Positions 54,390 to 64,000 of a stretch of 64,000 bases of DNA are shown here, piece by piece (position 1 is the first letter of the stretch; each line of letters opens with the position of its first letter). The translations under genes and the position numbers were made by a program. Source of the stretch: Eledone cirrhosa. Lineage: Eukaryota. Under the pieces are notes generated by a model. That model had not been told where the DNA came from, ran no database searches, and was given only the letters and a program-made list of their open reading frames with translations. The stretch covers positions 247,814,001 to 247,878,000 of the forward strand of contig OZ024741.1 in assembly GCA_964016885.1 (NCBI GenBank). The letters are read 5' to 3'.

Positions 54390-57300
54390 GAAATTATCTC
54401 TCCTTGGATGGCTAGAATTTACCTCTCCTTGGACGGCTGAAAATTATCTCCCCTTGGACGGCTGGAAATTATCTCCCCTTGATTTTTTTTACAAATTATC
54501 TCCCCCTGATTTTTTTTTACAAATTATCTCCCCCTGATTTTTTTTACAAATTATCTCCCCCTGATTTTTTTTTACAAATTATCTCCCCCTGATTTTTTTT
54601 ACAAATTATCTCCCCCTGATTTTCTTACAAATTATCTCCCCTTGGCTGGCTGGAAATTATCTCCCCTTGGAGGCTGGAACTTATGTCCCCTTAGACGGCT
54701 AGAAATTACCTCTCCTTGGACGGCTGGATGATATGTCTCCTTGGACGGCTGGATATTATCTCCCCTTGGACGGCTGGAAATTATCTCCCCTTGGACGGCT
54801 GGAAATTATCTCCCATTGGATGGCTAGATATTACCTCCCCTTGGACGGCTGGAAATTATCTCCCCTTGATTTTTTTTACAAATTATCTCCCCCTGATTTT
54901 TTTTACAAATTATCTCCCCCTGATTTTTTTTTACAAATTATCTCCGCCTGATTTTTTTTTAAATATTATCTTCCCTTGGCTGGCTGGAAATTATCTCCCC
55001 TTGGACGGCTAGAAATTACCTCTCCTTGGACGGCTGGAAATTATCTCCCCTTGGACGGCTGGAAATTATCTCCCCTTGGACGGATAGATATTACCTCCCC
55101 TTGGACGGCTGGAAATTATCTCCCCTTGATTTTTTTACAAATTATCTCCCCCTGATTTATTTTACAAATCTCCCAATGATTTTTAAAAAAAAATTATCTC
55201 CCCTTCGCTGGCTGGAAATTATCTCCCCTTGGACGCTGGAAATTATCTCCCCTTGGACGGCTGAAAATTATCTCCCCTTGGACGGCTGGAAATTATCTCC
55301 CCTTGATTTTTTTTACAAATTATCTCCCCCTGATTTTTTTTTACAAATTATCTCCGCCTGATTTTTTTTACAAATTATCTCCCCCTGATTTTTTTTTACA
55401 AATTATCTCCCCCTGATTTTTTTACAAATTATCTCCCCCTGATTTTTTTTACAAATTATCTCCGCCTGATTTTTTAAAATATTATCTTCCCTTGGCTGGC
55501 GGGAAATTATCTCCCCTTGGACGGCTGGAAATTATCTGCCCTTGATTTTCTTTTTACAAATTATCTTCCACTGATTTTTTTTACAAATTATCTCCACCTG
55601 ATTTTTTAAAAAATTATCTCCCCTTGGACGGCTGGAAATTATCTCCCCTTGGAAGGCTGGAAATTATCTCTCCTTGGACGGCTAGAATTTACCTCTCCTT
55701 GGACGGCTGAAAATTATCTCCCCTTGGACGGCTGGAAATTATCTCCCCTTGATTTTTTTTACAAATTATCTCCCCCTGATTTTTTTTTACAAATTATCTC
55801 CCCCTGATTTTTTTTTACAAATTATCACCCCCTGATTTTTTTTTACAAATTATCTCCCCCTGATTTTTTTTACAAATTATCTCCCCCTGATTTTTTTACA
55901 AATTATCTCCCCTTGGCTGGCTGGAAATTATCTCCCCTTGGAGGCTGGAACTTATCTCCCCTTGGACGGCTAGAAATTACCTCTCCTTGGACGGCTGGAA
56001 AATATGTCTCCTTGGACGGCTGGATATTATCTCCCCTTGGACGGCTGGAAATTATCTCCCCTTGGACGGCTGGAAATTATCTCCCCTTGGATGGCTAGAT
56101 ATTACCTCCCCTTGGACGGCTGGAAATTATCTCCCCTTGATTTTTTTACAAATTATCTCCCCCTGATTTTTTTTTACAAATTATCTCCCCCTGATTTTTT
56201 TTTACAAATTATCTCCCCCTGATTTTTGTTTACAAATTATCTCCGCCTGATTTTTTTTTTTAAATTATCTCCCCTTGGACGGCTGGAAATTATCTCCCCT
56301 TGGACGGCTAGAAATTACCTCTCCTTGGACGGCTGAAAATTATCTCCCCTTGGACGGCTGGAAATTATCTCCCCTTGATTTTTTTACAAATTATCTCCCC
56401 CTGATTTTTTTTTTACAAATTATCTCCCCCTGATTTTTTTTTACAAATTATCTACCCCTGATTTTTTTTTACAAATTATCTACCCCTGATTTTTTTTACA
56501 AATTATCTCCCCCTGATTTTTTTTACAAATTATCTCCCCCTGATTTTTTTTTTACAAATTATCTCCCCCTGATTTTTTTACAAATTATCTCCCCTTGATT
56601 TTTTTTACAACTTATCTGCGCCTGATTTTTTTTAAAAAATTATCTCCCCTTGGACGGCTGGAAATTATCTCCCCTTGGACGGCTGGAAATTATCTCTCCT
56701 TGGACGGCTAGAATTTACCTCTCCTTGGACGGCTGAAAATTATCTCCCCTTGGACGGCTGGGAATTATCTCCCCTTGATTTTTTTACAAATTATCTCCCC
56801 CTGATTTTTTTTTACAAATTATCTCCCCCTGATTTTTTTTTACAAATTATCTCCCCCTGATTTTTTTTTACAAATTATCTCCCCCTGATTTTTTTACAAA
56901 TTATCTCCCCTTAGCTGGCTGGAAATTATCTCCCCTTGGAGCCTGGAACTTATGTCCCCTTGGACGGCTAGAAATTACCTCTCCTTGGACGGCTGGAAAA
57001 TATGTCTCCTTGGACGGCTGGATATTATCTCCCCTTGGAGGGCTGGAAATTATCTCCCCTTGGACGGCTGGAAATTATCTCCCCTTGGATGGCTAGATAT
57101 TACCTCCCCTTGGACGGCTGGAAATTATCTCCCCTTGATTTTTTTTACAAATTATCTCCCCCTGATTTTTTTTTACAAATTATCTCCCCCTGATTTTTTT
57201 TTACAAATTATCTCCCCCTGATTTTTGTTTACAAATTATCTCCGCCTATTTTTTTTAAAAAATTATCTCCCCTTGGACGGCTGGAAATTATCTCCCCTTG

Positions 57301-60300
57301 GACGGCTAGAAATTACCTCTCCTTGGACGGCTGAAAATTATCTCCCCTTGGACGGCTGGAAATTATCTCCCCTTGATTTTTTTACAAATTATCTCCCCCT
57401 GATTTTTTTTTTACAAATTATCTCCCCCTGATTTTTTTTTTTACAAATTATCTCCCCCTGATTTTTTTACAAATTATCTCCCCCTAATTTTTTTTACAAA
57501 TTATCTCCGCCTGATTTTTTTAAATATTATCTCTCCTTGGCTGGCGGGAAATTATCTCACCTTGGACGGCTGGAAATTATCTCCCCTTGGAAGAATGGAA
57601 ATTATCTCCCCTTGGACGGCTGGAAATTATCTACCCCTGATTTTTTTTACAAATTATCTCCCCCTGATTTTTTTTACAAATTATCTCCCCCTGATTTTTT
57701 TTTACAAATTATCTACCCCTGATTTTTTTTACAAATTATCTCCCCCTGATTTTTTTTACAAATTATCTCCCCCTGATTTTTTTTTACAAATTATCTACCC
57801 CTGATTTTTTTTACAAATTATCTCCCCCTGATTTTTTTTTACAAATTATCTCCCCCTGATTTTTTTACAAATTATCTCCCCCTGATTTTTTTTACAATCT
57901 CCGCCTGATTTTTTAAAAAATTATCTTCTCTTGGCTGGCTGGAAATTATCTCCCCTTGGACACTGGAAATTATAGCCACTTGGAGGGCTGGAAATTATCT
58001 TCCCTTGGACGGCTGGAAATTATCTCCCCTTGATTTTTTTTACAAATTATCTCCGCCTGATTTTTTTTTACAAATTATCTCCCCCTGATTTTTTTTTACA
58101 AATTATCTACCCCTGATTTTTTTTTACAAATTATCTCCCCCTGATTTTTTTTACAAATTATCTCCCCCTGATTTCTCTTTTACAAATTATCTCCCCCTGA
58201 TTTTTTTACAAATTATCTCCCCCTGATTTTTTTTACAAATTATCTCCGCCTGATTTTTTTAAATATTATCTTCCCTTGGCTGGCGGGAAATTATCTCCCC
58301 TTGGACGGCTGGAAATTATCTACCCTTGATTTTCTTTTTACAAATTATCTTCCACTGATTTTTTTTACAAATTATCTCCACCTGATTTTTTAAAAAATTA
58401 TCTCCCCTTGGAAGGCTGGAAATTATCTCCCCTTGGCTGGAAATTATCTCCCCTTGGACGGCTAGAAATTATCTCTCTTTGGACGGCTGGAAATTATCAC
58501 CCCTTGAGTTTTTTACAAATTATCTCCCCCTGATTTTTTTACAAATTATCTCCCCCTGATTTTTTTTACAAATTATCTCCGCCTGATTTTTTTAAATATT
58601 ATCTTCCCTTGGCTGGCGGGAAATTATCTCCCCTTGGACGGCTGAAAATTATCTCCTCTTGGACGGCTGGAAATTATCTCCCCTTGATTTTTTTTACAAA
58701 TTATCTCCCCCTGATTTTTTTTTACAAATTATCTCCCCCTGATTTTTTTACAAATTATCTCCCCCGATTTTTTTTTACAAATTATCTCCCCCTGATTTTT
58801 TTTACAAATTATCTCCCTCTGATTTTTTTACAAATTATCTCCCCTTGGCTGGCTGGAAATTATCTCCCCTTGGACGGCTAGAAATTACCTCTCCTTGGAC
58901 GGCTGGAAAATATGTCTCCTTGGACGGCTGGATATTATCTCCCCTTGGACGGCTGGAAATTATCTCCCCTTGGACGGCTGGAAATTATCTCCCCTTGGAC
59001 GGATATATATTACCTCCCCTTGGACGGCTGGAAATTATCTCCCCTTGATTTTTTTACAAATTATCTCCCCCTGATTTATTTTACAAATCTCCCAATGATT
59101 TTTAAAAAAAAATTATCTCCCCTTCGCTGGCTGGAAATTATCTCCCCTTGGACGCTGGAAATTATATCCCCTTGGAGGGCTGGAAATTATCTTCCCTTGG
59201 ACGGCTGGAAATTATCTCCCCTTGATTTTTTTTACAAATTATCTCCCCCTGATTTTTTTTACAAATTATCACCCCCTGATTTTTTTTACAAATTATCTAC
59301 CCCTGATTTTTTTTACAAATTATCTCCCCCTGATTTTGTTTTACAAATTATCTCCCCCTGATTTTTTTTTACAAATTATCTCCCCCTGATTTTTTTACAA
59401 ATTATCTCCCCCTGATTTTTTTAACAATCTCCGCCTGATTTTTTTAAAAATTATCTTCTCTTGGCTGGCTGGAAATTATCTCCCCTTGGACACTGGAAAT
59501 TATAGCCACTTGGAGGGCTGGAAATTATCTTCCCTTGGACGGCTGGAAATTATCACCCCTTGATTTTTTTTACAAATTATCTCCGCCTGATTTTTTTTTA
59601 CAAATTATCTCCCCCTGATTTTTTTTTACAAATTATCTAACCCTGATTTTTTTTTACAAATTATCTCCCCCTGATTTTTTTTACAAATTATCTCCCCCTG
59701 ATTTCTCTTTTACAAATTATCTCCCCCTGATTTTTTTACAAATTATCTCCCCCTGATTTTTTTTACAAATTATCTCCGCCTGATTTTTTTAAATATTATC
59801 TTCCCTTGGCTGGCGGGAAATTATCTCCCCTTGGACGGCTGGAAATTATCTACCCTTGATTTTCTTTTTACAAATTATCTTCCACTGATTTTTTTTACAA
59901 ATTATCTCCACCTGATTTTTTAAAAAATTATCTCCCCTTGGAAGGCTGGAAATTATCTCCCCTTGGCTGGAAATTATCTCCCCTTGGACGGCTAGAAATT
60001 ATCTCTCTTTGGACGGCTGGAAATTATCACCCCTTGAGCTTTTTACAAATTATCTCCCCCTGATTTTTTTTACAAATCTCCCTGTGATTTTTTAAAAAAA
60101 ATTATCTCCCCTTCGCTGGCTGGAAATTATCTCCCCTTGGACGCTGGAAATTATAGCCCCTTGGAGGGCTGGAAATTATCTTCCCTTGGACGGCTGGAAA
60201 TTATCTCCCCTTGATTTTTTTTACAAATTATCTCCCCCTGATTTTTTTTTACAAATTATCTCCCCCTGATTTTTTTTACAACTTATCTGCGCCTGATTTT

Positions 60301-63300
60301 TTTTTAAAAATTATCTCCCCTTGGACGGCTGGAAATTATCTCCCCTTGGACGGCTGGTAATTATCTCTCCTTGGACGGCTAGAATTTACCTCTCCTTGGA
60401 CCGCTGAAAATTATCTCCCCTTGGACGGCTGGAAATTATCTCCCCTTGATTTTTTTTACAAATTATCTCCCCCTGATTTTTTTTTACAAATTATCTCCCC
60501 CTGATTTTTTTTTACAAATTATCTCCCCCTGATTTTTTTTTACAAATTATCTACCCCTGATTTTTTTTTACAAATTATCTCCCCTTGGCTGGCTGGAAAT
60601 TATCTCCCCTTGGAGGCTGGAACTTATCTCCCCTTGGACGGCTAGAAATTACCTCTCCTTGGACGGCTGGAAAATATGTCTCCTTGGACGGCTGGATATT
60701 ATCTCCCCTTGGACGGCTGGAAATTATCTCCCCTTGGACGGCTGAAAATTATCTCCCCTTGATTTTTTTTACAAATTATCTCCCCCTGATTTTTTTTTAC
60801 AAATTATCTCCCCCTGATTTTTGTTTACAAATTATCTCCGCCTGATTTTTTAAAAAAATTATCTCCCCTTGGACGGCTGGAAATTATCTCCCCTTGGACG
60901 GATAGAAATTACCTCTCCTTGGACGGCTGAAAATTATCTCCCCTTTGACGGCTGGAAATTATCTCCCCTTGATTTTTTTACAAATTATCTCCCCCTGATT
61001 TTTTTTTTACAAATTATCTCCCCCTGATTTTTTTTTACAAATTATCTACCCCTGATTTTTTTTTACAAATTATCTCCCCCTGATTTTTTTTACAAATTAT
61101 CTCCCCCTGATTTTTTTTTACAAATTATCTCCTCCTGATTTTTTTACAAATTATCTCCCCCTGATTTTTTTTACAAATTATCTCCGCCTGATTTTTTTAA
61201 ATATTATCTCTCCTTGGCTGGCGGGAAATTATCTCCCCTTGGACGGCTGAAAATTATCTCCCCTTGGAAGGATGGAAATTATCTCCCCTTGGACGGCTGG
61301 AAATTATCTACCCCTGATTTTTTTTACAAATTATCTCCCCCTGATTTTTTTTACAAATTATCTCCCCCTGATTTTTTTTACAAATTATCTACCCCTGATT
61401 TTTTTTACAAATTATCTCCCCCTGATTTTTTTTACAAATTATCTCCCCCTGATTTTTTTTTTACAAATTATCTCACCCTGATTTTTTTACAAATTATCTC
61501 CCCCTGATTTTTTTTACAAATTATCTCCGCCTGATTTTTTTAAATATTATCTTCCCTTGGCTGGCGGGAAATTATCTCCCCTTGAAGGGCTGAAAATTAT
61601 CTCCCCTTGGACGGCTGGAAATTATCTCCCCTTGATTTTTTTTACAAATTATCTCCCCCTGATTTTTTTTTACAAATTATCTCCCCCTGATTTTTTTTAC
61701 AAATTATCTCCCCCTGATTTTTTTTTACAAATTATCTGCCGCTGATTTTTTTTACAAATTATCTCCCCCTGATTTTTTTACAAATTATCTCCCCTTGGCT
61801 GGCTGGAAATTACCTCCCCTTGGAGGCTGGAATTTATCTCCCCTTGGACGGCTAGAAATTACCTCTCCTTGGACGGCTGGAAAATATGTCTCCTTGGACG
61901 GCTGGATATTATCTCCCCTTGGACGGCTGGAAATTATCTCCCCTTGGACGGCTGGAAATTATCTCCCCTTGGACGGATAGATATTACCTCCCCTTGGACG
62001 GCTGGAAATTATCTCCCCTTGGACGGCTGGAAATTATCTCCCCATGGACGGCTGGAAATTATCTCCCCTTGGACGGCTAGAAATTATCTCTCCTTGGACG
62101 GCTGAAAATTATCTCCCCTTGGACGGCTGGAAATTATCTCCCGTTGGACGGCTGGAAATTATCTCGCCTTGGACGGCTAGAATTTACCTCTCCTTGGACG
62201 GCTGAAAATTATCTCCCCTTGGACGGCTGGAAATTATCTCCCCTTGATTTTTTTTACAAATTATCTCCCCCTGATTTTTTTTTACAAATTATCTCCCCCT
62301 GATTTTTTTTTACAAATTATCTCCCCCTGATTTTTTTTTACAAATTATCTCCCCCTGATTTTTTTTACAAATTATCTCCCCCCTGATTTTTTAACAAATT
62401 ATCTCCCCTTGGCTGGCTGGAAATTATCTCCCCTTGGAGGCTGGAACTTATCTCCCCTTGGACGGCTAGAAATTACCTCTCCTTGGACGGCTGGAAAATA
62501 TGTCTCCTTGGACGGCTGGATATTATCTCCCCTTGGACGGCTGGAAATTATCTCCCCTTGGACGGCTGGAAATTATCTCCCCTTGGATGGCTAGATATTA
62601 CCTCCCCTTGGACGGCTGGAAATTATCTCCCTTTGATTTTTTTTACAAATTATCTCCCCCTGATTTTTTTTTACAAATTATCTCCCCCTGATTTTTTTTT
62701 ACAAATTATCTCCCCCTGATTTTTGTTTACAAATTATCTCCGCCTGATTTTTTTTTTTAAATTATCTCCCCTTGGACGGCTGGAAATTATCTCCCCTTGG
62801 ACGGCTAGAAATTACCTCTCCTTGGACGGCTGAAAATTATCTCCCCTTGGACGGCTGGAAATTATCTCCCCTTGATTTTTTTACAAATTATCTCCCCCTG
62901 ATTTTTTTTTACAAATTATCTACCCCTGATTTTTTTTTACAAATTATCTCCCCCTGATTTTTTTTACAAATTATCTCCCCCTGATTTTTTTTTACAAATT
63001 ATCTCCCCCTGATTTTTTTACAAATTATCTCCCCCTGATTTTTTTAAATATTATCTCTCCTTGGCTGGCGGGAAATTATCTCCCCTTGGACGGCTGGAAA
63101 TTATCTCCCCTTGGAAGGATGGAAATTATCTCCCCTTGGACGGCTAGAAATTATCTCTCTTTGGACGGCTGGAAATTATCACCCCTTGAGTTTTTTACAA
63201 ATTATCTCCGCCTGATTTTTTTTACAAATCTCCCAGTGATTTTTAAAAAAAAATTATCTCCCCTTCGCTGGCTGGAAATTATCTCCCCTTGGACGCTGGA

Positions 63301-64000
63301 AATTATAGCCCCTTGGAGGGCTTGAAATTATCTTCCCTTGGACGGCTGGAAATTATCTCCCCTTGATTTTTTTTTACAAATTATCTCCCCCTGATTTTTT
63401 TTTACAAATTATCTCCCCCTGATTTTTTTTTACAACTTATCTGCGCCTGATTTTTTTAAAAAAATTATCTCCCCTTGGACGGCTGGAAATTATCTCCCCT
63501 TGGACGGCTGGAAATTATCTCTCCTTGGACGGCTAGAATTTACCTCTCCTTGGACGGCTGAAAATTATCTCCCCTTGGACGGCTGGAAATTATCTCCCCT
63601 TGATTTTTTTTTTACAAATTATCTCCCCCTGATTTTTTTTTACGAATTATCTCCCCCTGATTTTTTTTTACAAATTATCTCCCCCTGATTTTTTTTTACA
63701 AATTATATCCCCCTGATTTTTTTTACAAATTATCTCCCTCTGATTTTTTTACAAATTATCTCCCCTTGGCTGGCTGGAAATTATCTCCCCTAGGAGGCTG
63801 GAACTTATCTCCCCTTGGACGGCTAGAAATTACCTCTCTTTGGACGGCTGGAAAATATGTCTCCTTGGACGGCTGGATATTATCTCCCCTTGGACGGCTG
63901 GAAATTATCTCCCCTTGGACGGCTGGAAATTATCTCCCCTTGGATGGCTAGATATTACCTCCCCTTGGACGGCTGGAAATTATCTCCCCTTGATTTTTTT
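54390..64000 (+). repeat. Long-range copy of ~8.5-19.7 kb (offset ~45.9 kb, then ~44.27 kb)
   Basis: Pairs 8832/54733, 9125/55026 and 10012/55913 are +45,901; 12706/58609 is +45,903; 14654/60585 is +45,931; 16947/61214 is +44,267; 19501/63766 is +44,265. Confidence 0.92.

Larger units (their letters stand above)
1..64000. repeat. Composite satellite DNA array of two related monomers (25-bp A and 26-30-bp B) sharing the core AAATTATCTCCCCYTG; runs past both window ends
   Basis: Essentially every base parses into GGACGGCTGGAAATTATCTCCCCTT (A), GAT(n)ACAAATTATCTCCCCCT (B) or close variants. I saw no inversion or unique insertion. Confidence 0.99.

Noticed and set aside
44-63951. Numerous short plus-strand ORFs (60-149 aa) with repetitive peptides such as SPLGRLEIISPWTAGNYLPLDGWKL and YKLSPPDFF
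   Set aside because: They are translations of the repeat. Consensus A has no plus-strand stop in any frame, overlapping frames are equally open, many starts are TTG, and T-tract length changes shift frames freely. The minus strand has TAA in each core, which explains the absence of minus-strand ORFs.
1-64000. CRISPR-like repeat-spacer appearance
   Set aside because: The core is only 16 bp, the spacers are 9-14 bp and of just two types rather than unique, and there is no leader or cas gene.
1-64000. Canonical G-quadruplex or i-motif array from the G4-5/C4-5 runs
   Set aside because: Runs are separated by ~21-25 nt, much longer than typical stable loops, so no call can be supported from sequence alone.
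1-64000. Identity with known telomeric or centromeric repeats (TTAGGG-type, K. lactis or Candida telomere repeats, alpha satellite, CENP-B box)
   Set aside because: I see no recognisable match, so family and species assignment needs a database search.
1-64000. Pure sequencing or assembly artefact
   Set aside because: Hierarchically shared variants and private SNPs indicate real evolutionary structure, although individual near-identical duplications still need read validation.
1-64000. Embedded transposon, RNA gene or unique island
   Set aside because: On reading through I found no stretch that departs from A/B monomers, and no terminal inverted repeats, LTRs or tRNA/rRNA-like sequence.

Overview
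The whole 64-kb window is one uninterrupted, head-to-tail satellite DNA array of roughly 2,400-2,500 monomers (64,000/~26), all in the same orientation. I found no unique sequence and no credible gene; the ORFs in the track are translations of the repeat. Two monomer types share a 16-bp core, AAATTATCTCCCC(C/T)TG. Type A is 25 bp with a GC-rich spacer (GGACGGCTGGAAATTATCTCCCCTT). Type B is 26-30 bp with a poly-T spacer (GAT(7-11)ACAAATTATCTCCCCCT). A and B occur in alternating blocks of about 2-17 monomers with stereotyped junction monomers. Diagnostic variants show nested higher-order repeats: an irregular ~0.6-1.5 kb basic unit, duplications at 1,278, 1,530, 1,664, 1,998, 5,203, 6,138 and 8,738/10,808 bp, and a ~45.9-kb offset copy that may mark a very large period. 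The intact core carries a GATA-factor consensus (AGATAA, minus strand). The most likely source is eukaryotic heterochromatin (centromeric, pericentromeric or subtelomeric), but the organism and function cannot be determined from the sequence. Duplication offsets were derived from matching ORF start coordinates and marker variants read by eye; block boundaries are approximate.
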